Of a stretch of 64,000 nt of DNA, positions 18,653 to 28,237 are shown piece after piece. The number at the start of each line of letters is the position of its first letter. The first letter of the stretch is position 1. The stretch covers positions 427,436 to 491,435 of the forward strand of contig JBOEGF010000014.1 in NCBI GenBank assembly GCA_050633305.1, written 5' to 3'. The translations under genes were made by a program, and so were the position numbers. This DNA comes from Nannocystales bacterium. GTDB lineage: Bacteria > Myxococcota_A > Polyangia > Nannocystales > Nannocystaceae. A model generated the notes under the pieces. That model did not search any database. It was not told the DNA's origin and saw only the letters and a program-made list of their open reading frames with translations.

Positions 18653-20089
18653 ATGCTGACTCACGACACCTGGCTCCGCGCGATGCTGGCGACCCTACGG
18701 TCCGTCGCCGTGCAACGTGATCCCAGTGCCGTCGAGGTGATCGTCCGCGAACTGCTCCTCGACCACGTTGGAGAACGGGCGCGCTGCCTGTTCTACGACG
18801 GCGACTCGCACGCCCTTTGGTGCTCCGACGAGGACGTCCCAAGCGACGCTCTTGGGCTGAGCCACGAAGCGGTGCGCACACTCGATGCGTACGTCGTCGA
18901 GCAGACGGCGGATGACCCTCGCGTGGTGCTGAGCGTCGACGATCCTGCGGCTGTGTGTGGGCGACTGTTGATTCAGCCGGTCTACACCGCCGCAGGCGAG
19001 GTGCACGCGGTCTTGACCGTGGGCCGCTCCATGGCTGCGCCGAGCTTCTCCGAGCGAGATCAGGCGCGCGTCTGCGACGTCGCGATGCGTCTGGCACCGT
19101 TGCTCGATCAACTGGCGTTGCAGGTGGAGCTCGATACCACCGAGGCCAAGACGGACCCCGGTGTCCCGAGCCTGCAGGGCCCCTATCGTCCCGAAGCAGT
19201 TGCCGCCTACATGACCCGCAGTGAGTGGGGCGAGGCGATGCACGTCAACTCCGGGTGGATCAGCGTCTCATACCGAATTCTGGTTTCGCTTCTCGTCGCA
19301 GCGGTCGTCTACGTGACGGCCGTCCCGGTGGGGGACTACGCGCGCGGCCCTGCTGTCGTTCGGCTCGGCGGGAGGGTGGAGGCCACAGCCCGAACCGGAG
19401 GCAGCGTTGTCGAAGTCTACGTCCGGCCCGGTGACGTCGTGGCGGCTGAGCAACCCCTCGTTCGGCTCCATGACGCCGCAGATGCGGCCGAGCTCCGGCG
19501 TCTGTCGGTCGAACTCGAGCTCAAGCTTCGCGCCATGCTCAGCGATCCGAGCGATGCCTTGGCCCGGGAAGCCGTCGCGCGCATCCGGGCCGAACAGGAA
19601 CGGGCCGAGCTCCGGGCTCGCGACCATGTGGTCCGGGCTCCCGTCGCTGGCGTTGTCCGAGACGTTCGGGCGCGCACGGGGCAGGTCGTCGAAGCGGGCG
19701 ACGTGCTCATGTCGGTGGGGGGCGAGCACTCCGCGCCGCAGCTGGTCGCGTTGATCCCCGGTGACGAGCGGCCGCGGCTTCGCCGAGGGATGGAGTTCCG
19801 TCTGGAGCTCGATGGGTATCCCGACGCGCCCCAAAGCGTGAAGGTCGACGCCGTCGACGAAGATGTGGTGAGCGCCGACGAAGCGCTACGGCTGCTGGGC
19901 CCCGCGGTCGCCCAAGGCCTGGCCGTCAATGGGCCGGTGGTGATCGTTCGAGCCTCGCTCTCCCAGGCCAGCTTCGTGTCTCGGCAGCAATCGTTTCAGT
20001 TTCACGACGGCATGCGTGGAGAGGCGGAAATCGAGGTGCGGACGACCTCGATCATCGAAGCGCTGATCCCCGCACTGGAGGAGCTATGA
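18653..20089 (+). CDS. HlyD-family membrane fusion protein with N-terminal GAF-like domain
   Basis: GAF-like segment (ADDPR..., LIQPV...GEVHAVLTV...FSERD), YRPEAV, one TM, lipoyl half-motifs GSVVEVYVRPGDVV and VRAPVAGVV. Confidence 0.85.
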   Translation: MLTHDTWLRAMLATLRSVAVQRDPSAVEVIVRELLLDHVGERARCLFYDGDSHALWCSDEDVPSDALGLSHEAVRTLDAYVVEQTADDPRVVLSVDDPAAVCGRLLIQPVYTAAGEVHAVLTVGRSMAAPSFSERDQARVCDVAMRLAPLLDQLALQVELDTTEAKTDPGVPSLQGPYRPEAVAAYMTRSEWGEAMHVNSGWISVSYRILVSLLVAAVVYVTAVPVGDYARGPAVVRLGGRVEATARTGGSVVEVYVRPGDVVAAEQPLVRLHDAADAAELRRLSVELELKLRAMLSDPSDALAREAVARIRAEQERAELRARDHVVRAPVAGVVRDVRARTGQVVEAGDVLMSVGGEHSAPQLVALIPGDERPRLRRGMEFRLELDGYPDAPQSVKVDAVDEDVVSADEALRLLGPAVAQGLAVNGPVVIVRASLSQASFVSRQQSFQFHDGMRGEAEIEVRTTSIIEALIPALEEL

Positions 20090-22245
20090 CGGCCCTAAAG
20101 GGGGGAACCCGGAGCGCGCGGCGCAGGGTTCCGTTCGTCCCGCAGATGCAAGACGGCGATTGCGGAGCGGCCTGCCTTGCGATGGTCCTCGCCTTCCACG
20201 ACCGACCGGTCGAGATCGGACCGCTGCAGGAGGCGATCGGTGTCGACCGCAACGGGGCGGATGCGGGGGCGATGTTGGCGGCCGCCAGCCGGTTCGGCCT
20301 CCACGGGCGGGGCTTGTCCATCGAGGTTGAGCAACTCGAACAGCTGCCGGCTGGCAGCGTGCTTCACTGGGGCTTCAACCACTTCGTGGTGTTCGAACGC
20401 ACGACCTCGCGCGGGCTTGTGGTCGTGGACCCTGCTGCGGGGCGCCGGGTCGTGCCGTGGCCCCGGGTGCGCCGATCGTTCACAGGCGTCGCGCTCGAGT
20501 TCGAACCCTCCGTTGACTTCGATCCGCCCGCGCGGACCCCCAGCCGTCTCATCCCACTGTTGCGTCGGATGTTGGTGGACCCGCGGTTGCTCCTGCGCAT
20601 CGTCGTCACCTCGCTGAGCCTGCGGTTGTTCGCCCTGTCGGCACCGATCCTGACCGGGTTCGTGGTCGACCGGGTCGTGCCCCGAAACGACCGCGCAATG
20701 CTGTGGGCGGTGTTGGGAGGCCTGCTGTTGATGGTGGGCTTTCAAGCCGTGTCCTCGCTGCTTCGGGGTCACCTGCTGCTCGTCCTGCGCAACCGCCTCG
20801 ACGTCATGCTCAGCGTGGGGTTTCTCGGGCACCTCACGTCGCTCCCGTACGCGTTCTTTCAGCGGCGCTCGTCGGGTGACTTGATGATGCGGGTCAACAG
20901 TCACGCGACGATCCGGGAGATGCTCACGACCAACACGCTGTCGGCGCTGCTCGATGGCACGTTCGTCTTGGTCTACGTCGCCATCATCGTCAGCCTGAGT
21001 CCTGCGATGGCGGCTCTGGTGGTCGGGCTGGCGGGGCTCCAGCTGGTCATCTTCCTCTCGTCCCGTGGGCGGTACCGCGACCTGGCCGCGCAGGAGCTGG
21101 AAACTCGGGCTGTCGCTCAGAGCCACCTCGTGCAGTTGATCGGCGGCATCGAAACGCTGAAGGCCCAAGGCTGCGAGCGTCGGGCTGTCCAGCGGTGGAA
21201 CCACGCGTTCGTCGACGAGATCAATGTCTCGCTCGCGCGGGGCCGGCTCGCTGTTCTCATCGAGGCGGCCACCACCGCGTTTCAGACCCTGGCGCCGCTT
21301 TCGGTCCTCGGGCTGGGCGCGTTTGAGGTGATGAACGGCGGGCTCTCCCTCGGGACGATGCTGGCGCTCAGTGCTCTCGCGGCTGGCGTGTTGGGCCCGT
21401 TGCGTTCGCTGTTCGACAGCGCCCTGCAGCTGCAGGTGCTTCGCGGATACGTCGATCGAATTGACGATGTGTTGCGGGTCGCACCGGAGCGCGATCACTC
21501 GACTGGACGCCCCGCCCCGCGGTTGCGCGGGTCGATCTCCCTGCGAAACGTCAGCTTCCGCTACCAGTCCGGAGGCGCCGCGGTCCTCGAAGACATCAAC
21601 GTCGAGGTCGAGGCCGGGTCATGCGTGGCGATCGTCGGGTGCTCGGGTTCTGGAAAGTCGACGCTCGCCAAGCTCATGCTGGGGCTGTATGAGCCCGACG
21701 AAGGCCAGATCGAATACGACGGTCACGATCTGTCGGGTCTCGACTTGGGGAGCGTCCGCCGTCAGCTCGGCATCGTCATGCAGAGCCCGCACCTGTTCGG
21801 AGGATCGGTTCGCAGCAACATCGGTCTGGGTTCGCTCCGGGCAGAGATGGTCGATGTCCGTGCCGCGGCGGAGCAGGCTTGCATCCATCGCATGATCGAG
21901 GCGCTCCCGATGGGATACGAGACCATCGTGGGGGACGACGGCGCTGCGTTTTCCGGGGGGGAGCGACAACGCATCGCGCTTGCCCGCGCCCTCGTGGGAC
22001 GCCCGGCGATCTTGTTGTTGGACGAGGCGACCAGTGCGCTCGACACCGAAGCCGAGCGGGCGGTCATGGGGAACCTGGCGACGCAACGGGCGACCCGCGT
22101 CGTCATCGCGCACCGCATGAGTACCGTCGCGCAGGCGGATACGATTCTGGTCCTCGACCGGGGACGGATTGTCGAGAGAGGCACGCACGAGTCGCTCATG
22201 GCTCAACGGGGTCGCTACTACGAGCTGGCAGGGGGTCTGTCGTGA
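20086..22245 (+). CDS. Peptidase-containing ABC transporter (C39 + TMD + NBD)
   Basis: QMQDGDCGAACLAM, HWGFNHFVV, VDP; GCSGSGKST, FSGGERQR, LLLDEATSALD; ATGA overlap with the upstream gene. Confidence 0.95.
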   Translation: MTALKGGTRSARRRVPFVPQMQDGDCGAACLAMVLAFHDRPVEIGPLQEAIGVDRNGADAGAMLAAASRFGLHGRGLSIEVEQLEQLPAGSVLHWGFNHFVVFERTTSRGLVVVDPAAGRRVVPWPRVRRSFTGVALEFEPSVDFDPPARTPSRLIPLLRRMLVDPRLLLRIVVTSLSLRLFALSAPILTGFVVDRVVPRNDRAMLWAVLGGLLLMVGFQAVSSLLRGHLLLVLRNRLDVMLSVGFLGHLTSLPYAFFQRRSSGDLMMRVNSHATIREMLTTNTLSALLDGTFVLVYVAIIVSLSPAMAALVVGLAGLQLVIFLSSRGRYRDLAAQELETRAVAQSHLVQLIGGIETLKAQGCERRAVQRWNHAFVDEINVSLARGRLAVLIEAATTAFQTLAPLSVLGLGAFEVMNGGLSLGTMLALSALAAGVLGPLRSLFDSALQLQVLRGYVDRIDDVLRVAPERDHSTGRPAPRLRGSISLRNVSFRYQSGGAAVLEDINVEVEAGSCVAIVGCSGSGKSTLAKLMLGLYEPDEGQIEYDGHDLSGLDLGSVRRQLGIVMQSPHLFGGSVRSNIGLGSLRAEMVDVRAAAEQACIHRMIEALPMGYETIVGDDGAAFSGGERQRIALARALVGRPAILLLDEATSALDTEAERAVMGNLATQRATRVVIAHRMSTVAQADTILVLDRGRIVERGTHESLMAQRGRYYELAGGLS

Positions 22246-23180
22246 CTCGGCGCGTGCTCTGGAACGCTCTTTGGCTCGTCGTTGCGGCGGGGGCCTGCAG
22301 GCCATCGGAGGGGCCGACAGAAGCAAGGAGGGGACAAAGCGGTCCCGAGTCCGGCCCCGTGGGCGCTGCAGACCCGCCTTCGAACGCTTTTCAGCCCGAT
22401 GAAAGGTCCGAGGCCGACGGGTATGTCGCGGTCGTGGTCGCCCCGCGGGCCGTGGACCTCTCGGCGCCTGTTCGCGGCATCCTGGTGGAGCAGATGGCGA
22501 CGCTCGGTCAAGAGGTGGCCACCGGTGATGTCGTTGCCCTCGTTCAGGCGCCCGCGTTGCCCGAGGAGATCGAGGCGGCTCAAGCGGCGCTCTCAGGGGC
22601 CAAGGCTGGGTTGAAGGGGGCCCAACTCGCGGTGTCCCAAGCCCGCCGGGAGACCCACCGTGAACGCGCTCTCGTCCAGCGCGGTGCCAGTACGACCGAA
22701 GCCCAGGACCGAGCGGAGGCGAAGCTCGAGAGCGCCCAAGCTGCGGTTCGGGAGCGAACGGCTCAGGTTGCAGAGCGCGGTGCCGACCTGCGGCGGCTGC
22801 GTGCACTGCGGGAGGCCGGCTACGTCCGCGCTCCGTTCCCGGGCCGGGTTGGGGCTTGGTTCGAGGCGCCGGGGTCGGTGGTCGGCCCCGATGATGCCGT
22901 GGTCCGACTCACCGCTGCCGAGCGGCTCTGGGTTCGCTTTGCGGTCCCTTCGACTGACGTGGACGCCGATGGTCTCGCCGTCGGCCGAGCGGTCACCGTG
23001 CATCCGGCCGGAGGCCTGCCGTCTGCCACCGCCACCATTGCTCGTATCGCGCCCGAGCTCGACCTTGCGTCTCAGATGATCGTCGTCGAGGCTCGGTTGC
23101 ACCCCTCGGCCACGATGCGTCCAGGATTGGCGGGGCGCGTACTGTTGGCCGCACCGACTCCCCCGGAAGCCCGTCCATGA
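22242..23180 (+). CDS. Second periplasmic adaptor (membrane fusion) lipoprotein
   Basis: GTGA overlap; lipobox AGAC; SAPVRG, coiled coil, VRAPFPG, MRPG. Confidence 0.85.
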   Translation: MTRRVLWNALWLVVAAGACRPSEGPTEARRGQSGPESGPVGAADPPSNAFQPDERSEADGYVAVVVAPRAVDLSAPVRGILVEQMATLGQEVATGDVVALVQAPALPEEIEAAQAALSGAKAGLKGAQLAVSQARRETHRERALVQRGASTTEAQDRAEAKLESAQAAVRERTAQVAERGADLRRLRALREAGYVRAPFPGRVGAWFEAPGSVVGPDDAVVRLTAAERLWVRFAVPSTDVDADGLAVGRAVTVHPAGGLPSATATIARIAPELDLASQMIVVEARLHPSATMRPGLAGRVLLAAPTPPEARP

Positions 23181-24112
23181 ACCGACCTCTCGTTCTTCTC
23201 TCCACCGCGACCCTCCTGTGTGCGGTCTCGTGTGCCAAGCCAGTCCGGTCGGTCGCCGCGCTCGACCCTGTCGCTCCGGACCCCGATCCCGTCGCAGCTG
23301 AACCCGGACCCATCGCCGACCCCGCGGCGGCGGAATCACCGATCGACTGCGGTGCCCCCATTGAGGGGTCCGAGCCGTTGCTCGAACCGGGACGACTCAT
23401 CCTCATGGGAGAGCTGCACGGCACCACGCAGATACCGATGTTCGTCGCCGAGCTCTCCTGCAAGGCCGCGCGGTCGGGCACCGCAGTCCGACTTGGTCTC
23501 GAGATCCCACGCGCGGAGTCCTCCGCCGTGGCCGCATTTCTGGCGTCCAACGGCGACGAGGCGGCTCTTGCAGCCCTGACCGCTGGTTCACACTGGACAC
23601 GTCCGGACCAAGACGGTCGAAGCAGCGTCGCCACCGTGTCCGTGCTCGAGCATGTCCGGCGCTGGCGCAATGCAGGCCTGGAGATCGTGCCGTTTGCGTT
23701 CGATGTCGACGAGCACGGGGCGTGGAACGAGCGGGACGCGTCGATGGCCGCGGAGATTCTCAAACACTCCACGGCCGACCCGGACGCGCTGGTCCTCGTG
23801 CTGTCCGGCAACCTGCACAACCGCACGAGCGTTGGCTTGCCGTGGGACCCCGAAGCGGTGCCGATGGGAGTGAGCATCGCGGGCGCACGTCCGGACATGC
23901 TGAGCCTCGACGTCCGATATCGAAAAGGAACCGCGTGGATCTGCGCTCCCCAATGTGGTGTCGCCGAGATCGGCGGCAGCCAGGCAGCCCCGGGCGAGAC
24001 AGAGCGTTCGGTCGCTCTGTTTGAGAGTCCGAACGAGTTCGGGCACCACGGGGTGTTCACCGTCGGTGCGGTCGAAGCCGCCGTACCCGCTGTGGCAGGG
24101 GAGTCTGGATAG
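23177..24112 (+). CDS. Lipoprotein of EreA/ChaN-like fold (putative hydrolase)
   Basis: ATGA overlap; lipobox AVSC; LILMGELHGT, LGLE, LVLSGNLH motifs. Confidence 0.6.
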   Translation: MNRPLVLLSTATLLCAVSCAKPVRSVAALDPVAPDPDPVAAEPGPIADPAAAESPIDCGAPIEGSEPLLEPGRLILMGELHGTTQIPMFVAELSCKAARSGTAVRLGLEIPRAESSAVAAFLASNGDEAALAALTAGSHWTRPDQDGRSSVATVSVLEHVRRWRNAGLEIVPFAFDVDEHGAWNERDASMAAEILKHSTADPDALVLVLSGNLHNRTSVGLPWDPEAVPMGVSIAGARPDMLSLDVRYRKGTAWICAPQCGVAEIGGSQAAPGETERSVALFESPNEFGHHGVFTVGAVEAAVPAVAGESG

Positions 24113-24136
24113 GAGGTCAGCCGGGTGGGCCGTGGA

Positions 24137-26215
24137 TCAGCGCGGTGGTGCGATGTCGTTCATCCACGGCATCGGTTTCAGCCCGGGTCCGCGAGCTTGG
24201 GTGCTCACCCAGTCATCGTCGAGGCGCTCGAAGTTCTCGGTGATGACCTCGGCGTAGCTGGACACGAACCCGCGGTAGGCGATGCCGTCGATCCTGACCT
24301 CGATCAGCTGCGGAAATCCGGTGGCGGCGTGCAGCACCTTGCCCACCAGATTTCCGAGGTCATCCGTGGGTTGAGTGTGCACATCGACGATGGTCGGGCG
24401 GTGGAACTTGGCGGACTCGTTTCGGTAGTAGATGTCTGCCAGCCACCCGCCGACCGTGTACGAGACGTCGGACCCGGACCCGACCCTCTCGCCGTGGATC
24501 GACACCGCGTGATTGACGAAATCGAGGTGGTCGGGGGTCATCGGGAGGCCCTGCCGCTCGTTGCTCGCAATCTGGCGTAGCGTGCTCATCACGGCGGCCA
24601 GGCGTTCGAAGTACTGCTTCATCGCGCCGTCGTCGTCGAGTTGGAGGTCGTCGGCAAGCGTTTTGCCATGCTCCGCAAACACGACGAGTCGGGCAAAAAA
24701 CTCCGGGTAGGGATCGACGTAGGCCTTCGGGTAGCTACACCCTGCGATCACGGTGACCGACTGTTTGGCGTAGAGGATTGTGTCGTGGCGTCGCTCCGCC
24801 CAAGATGCGAGCTGCGTGTTGAGGACCCGGCGCCGCCACGCAGGCGAGGTCATCACCTTCGGGAGACCCGTGGGTGCCTGTCCAGAGAGCGTGCGCAGGG
24901 CATCGAGCCAGAGGTGCGACATGCTTCCTTCCCACAGTCCGGGCCCTGCCGCGTCGAACTCTCGCTCCATGCGTTCGAGTGTCGGGCGTAGCGCGGGGTA
25001 ACGTTCGTACTCGGCCGCCAGAAGTGTGTCGGCCTCCGGGTTCCCAAAGATCGCGGCTGCGATGTCCAGAGTGTTGGGCATCATCCGCATCGCGCGCTCG
25101 GGTTCGACGATCGGGAGACTGTCGTAGCTGGTCGTGCTCAGGAGATGACTGTCCGCGATGTAGCGCTGACCGAACACCCACAGGGGGATCGTTTTCTCCT
25201 CCTGCCGCACCATCTGCGTGTTGATGCGCTGTTGCGAGAGCGGCCCCAGCGTGTTCAGAATCTGAGCGGCGTCGAGACTGCCGACGGATTCCCACGTCAG
25301 GCCGATCGTCTTGGCGGCGCCTGCGAACTGCGGCAGCGACATCGAATCCGCCGGCCCAACCATGAGCTGGGTCGCGCGGTCGATCCGGGCCCAGGCCTGC
25401 TGCGCTCGGGGAGTTTGAGACTCCCACAGTACCAGCGCACCCGCGAGGGCTTCCCGTTTGACCTCCAGCGGCCCTGGCCCGTCAGTATGTGCGAGCCGAA
25501 GTTCGATGCGCCCTAGCCAAGACAGCGCACGAAAATACCGCTCCAGCTCAGGGCTACGGGTGTAGTGGCCCCGTGGCTTCATCATCGAGAAGTCGACCAG
25601 CATCGGCTCCCCAAACAAGTGTATCTCCTTCGCACCTTCAGCCGCGATCGCAGCTTCGGTGAACTCGCGAACTCGCTGCGGATCTGCTCCCGCCACTGGG
25701 GCGACGGCGCCACCGTTGAGCAAACCCTTTGCCACCGAGACGATGAGGTCGACCTCGGCTCGCGCTTGTCCTGAACTCCCCGCGTGCTGGGGGAGCTGGT
25801 CTCGAAGCTCATCGAGAAAGACGCGGAGTTCGCCGATGAGAACCTCATGCTCGAGATCGATCAGAATGTCGTCGAACGAGGCATGAACCGCATGGAGTAC
25901 GGCGTCCGCGGTGATGTAGACCGGCTGGTCCTCCTCGAACAGGGCCGAGTAGCCGAAGTGAAAGCTCGGTGCGGTCACCGACGGGACGATGACGAAGCCG
26001 TTGTCTTCCGCGGCCCGGCTGGCGACATCGGAAAGCGGCGCAGTGGCTTCTGCCTTGGTCTTGTCCAGCAGCTGAAGCGGTGCCGCGTCTCCTCCCGTTC
26101 GCCGCTGGAGGACCTTGCCGCTGCATCCGAAACCGATGCAAGCGCTGAGAGCCGACCCTACGGCGAGTGACCGACGCACCCCTTGACTATGGACACGTGA
26201 GTCCCTGGCCTTCAA
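24137..26215 (-). CDS. DUF3160-family exported protein; start uncertain
   Basis: YITADAVLH, PRGHYTRSPELERYFRALSWLGR, LASWAERRHDTILYAKQS. Confidence 0.85.
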   Translation of the reverse strand: MKARDSRVHSQGVRRSLAVGSALSACIGFGCSGKVLQRRTGGDAAPLQLLDKTKAEATAPLSDVASRAAEDNGFVIVPSVTAPSFHFGYSALFEEDQPVYITADAVLHAVHASFDDILIDLEHEVLIGELRVFLDELRDQLPQHAGSSGQARAEVDLIVSVAKGLLNGGAVAPVAGADPQRVREFTEAAIAAEGAKEIHLFGEPMLVDFSMMKPRGHYTRSPELERYFRALSWLGRIELRLAHTDGPGPLEVKREALAGALVLWESQTPRAQQAWARIDRATQLMVGPADSMSLPQFAGAAKTIGLTWESVGSLDAAQILNTLGPLSQQRINTQMVRQEEKTIPLWVFGQRYIADSHLLSTTSYDSLPIVEPERAMRMMPNTLDIAAAIFGNPEADTLLAAEYERYPALRPTLERMEREFDAAGPGLWEGSMSHLWLDALRTLSGQAPTGLPKVMTSPAWRRRVLNTQLASWAERRHDTILYAKQSVTVIAGCSYPKAYVDPYPEFFARLVVFAEHGKTLADDLQLDDDGAMKQYFERLAAVMSTLRQIASNERQGLPMTPDHLDFVNHAVSIHGERVGSGSDVSYTVGGWLADIYYRNESAKFHRPTIVDVHTQPTDDLGNLVGKVLHAATGFPQLIEVRIDGIAYRGFVSSYAEVITENFERLDDDWVSTQARGPGLKPMPWMNDIAPPR

Positions 26216-26266
26216 CCGCGGTGGGGCGAAACTTCGGAGGCTCGGTGGGCGCGCGCCGCGACACCG

Positions 26267-26908
26267 TCAGTTGGGTTCGAGCTCGGACTCGAGCACCCAC
26301 CCGTGGCTGAGGCCGGGGCAGATGTCGTTGAACTCCTTGAACAGCCTGGAGCGCTCTTGGTCCAGCCCCTTGGCAGAACCGGGGGGCACGAAGTCGCAGA
26401 CCTCGGCTTGGTTTGCGATGAACGTGCACCGAAACGAGCTGAGGACCGCCTCCGAATCCAGCGCATGCTCTGCGAACCGGTCGCGTAGGTCCGACACGCG
26501 GGAGTCGGGAAGTTCGAGTGATTCGAGGGCTTCGGCAAACTCGCCGCTCACCCTCGCCAGGATCTCAAACTCCTCCAGGACGTCCCGGCTGCGCTCGATG
26601 TGCACGCCCCGGGCGTTGGGATCGGCGCCCAGATAGTGGCCGATCGCTTCGTCGAGTTCCACGCATGACGCGATATTCTGCTCAAGTCCCTCGAACGTCT
26701 GCAGCACGCCCCGGGCGAACAGGGCGCCACAGCTCAACACGACGACGCCGACCAACCACAGGGGCAAGCTGTTGCTTTTCCCTCCGGTGGTCTGCTGGCG
26801 GAAGTCGTGGCCTGGCCCGGGTTGCCGCTGCGACGCTTGCTCTCGGCGAATGCGCTCGGCGGGAGGAACGTAGCCGGGACCGAAGTTCGGAGGGAGATGC
26901 TTGCTCAT
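26267..26908 (-). CDS. Hypothetical single-pass membrane protein (paralog of 35063-35749)
   Basis: GGAG RBS; FGPGYVPPAERIRR, TM, helical Cys-containing domain. Confidence 0.75.
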   Translation of the reverse strand: MSKHLPPNFGPGYVPPAERIRREQASQRQPGPGHDFRQQTTGGKSNSLPLWLVGVVVLSCGALFARGVLQTFEGLEQNIASCVELDEAIGHYLGADPNARGVHIERSRDVLEEFEILARVSGEFAEALESLELPDSRVSDLRDRFAEHALDSEAVLSSFRCTFIANQAEVCDFVPPGSAKGLDQERSRLFKEFNDICPGLSHGWVLESELEPN

Positions 26909-26935
26909 CGTGTGCTCCAAGAGCGTCGTTCGGAG

Positions 26936-27772
26936 CTACATCGGGCAGCAGGACATGTCGTTCTCGTCTGTCCCGCACCAATCGTAGCCGACCTCGCACG
27001 CGCACTCCTCCCCATCGTCGTAGCTGAACGATCCACGCGACCCGCATTCGACTTCGTCTTCGTAGCTCATCGATGACAACCCCGAGAGGAATACGAGTCC
27101 GGCGGCGAGGCTCGTCAAGAATGGGGCTCGGGCCGCGTGCCATCGCATAACGACGAATAAGAAGTATGCCGGCCAGAAGAATAGCGCTGCGACCGCCCAC
27201 AGCCCTCCACCCACCTCCGCGATGGCGGAGAGCATCCAAACGAAACAGACGAACTGCATGATCGCGGCGAGGATCACAATGGCTGTCGTCACGCTCCCGA
27301 GGGCATCACCGAACGCTAGGAGCAGGAGTGTCACTGGGACCGCGATGAGGTACGCCCAACTCACGACGCCGAGCGACGAGCCGCGAGGTGCGGGTTCCAT
27401 TCGCTCGATGGGGTGGCTTGGTGGTGGAGGACGCGGCGCAGCGGGCTTCGGGAGCGCGTATGCTGCGTCGAAGTCGACCGCCAAGGCTGGACCGTCGGCC
27501 CCGCGTCCACGTTGAGGCGCATTTGGCATTCGCTCGGCTCGCGCGACGACACCGCAGCGCCGGAGCGCATCGACGTAGGTCTGCGACTTCGCCTGGTCGA
27601 GGTCTTTCTTGACCACTTCACGACCACCGCGGAGAAGATCGGCTGCTGTCGCCTCTGGGAGGCCAAATCGCTGGACGAGCGCAACAGTGGCCTGTTCGGT
27701 GTTGTGCCCCGGGAGCAAGGTGCCATCGACGACGACTTCGTACGCCATGGATGAGGTGGGGTATCCGTTCAT
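26936..27772 (-). CDS. Hypothetical membrane protein with ribosomal-L7/L12-like N-domain, about 4 TMs and a Cys-rich tail
   Basis: GGAGG upstream; VVKKDLDQAKSQTYVDALRRCG; hydrophobic block; CACEVGYDWC. Confidence 0.7.
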   Translation of the reverse strand: MNGYPTSSMAYEVVVDGTLLPGHNTEQATVALVQRFGLPEATAADLLRGGREVVKKDLDQAKSQTYVDALRRCGVVARAERMPNAPQRGRGADGPALAVDFDAAYALPKPAAPRPPPPSHPIERMEPAPRGSSLGVVSWAYLIAVPVTLLLLAFGDALGSVTTAIVILAAIMQFVCFVWMLSAIAEVGGGLWAVAALFFWPAYFLFVVMRWHAARAPFLTSLAAGLVFLSGLSSMSYEDEVECGSRGSFSYDDGEECACEVGYDWCGTDENDMSCCPM

Positions 27773-27912
27773 CGTCCTGCCTCCTGGAGATGCACCCGGC
27801 GGTCCTACGCGAGCGCGGTTACAATGACCCCAAACCTGGGCAGTGTCCAGGCGCGCCTTCGGCTGGGGACGGGGCCAGTCACGGGCCGGTCGACCGACCG
27901 GATCTGTGGTGA

Positions 27913-28185
27913 TCACTCCGGTGTCGATTCGAGGATGATCTCTGCGTCCTGGGGGACGCGGATGGAGCCTGCGTGCCATGGAGTGGAGACTCGACCGAGC
28001 CGGGCTGCGGCGCGCCGGTCGACTGCGATGGCCCTCCTTTCCAGAACGACCTCGACGGCCAGCTTGGCGCGTTCTTCCAGTGTGGCGGCTCGCCACCGAT
28101 CGGCAGCTCGCCTTGCACGTACGTGGAACCTGGCGTGTTCGAGTCCGCGGCATCTGGCTGCATCTGCGATGGAGTCGACGAATAG
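27913..28185 (+). pseudogene. Probable 3' remnant of a Cys-rich secreted protein gene
   Basis: Open frame SLRCRFEDDLCVLGDADGAC...SGCICDGVDE* follows an in-frame TGA; no signal peptide or good start. Confidence 0.45.
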
Positions 28186-28237
28186 ACAAAGAGAGCGTCG
28201 CAGTGATCCGGTTCGACGGTGGATGGGCTCCCCAACC

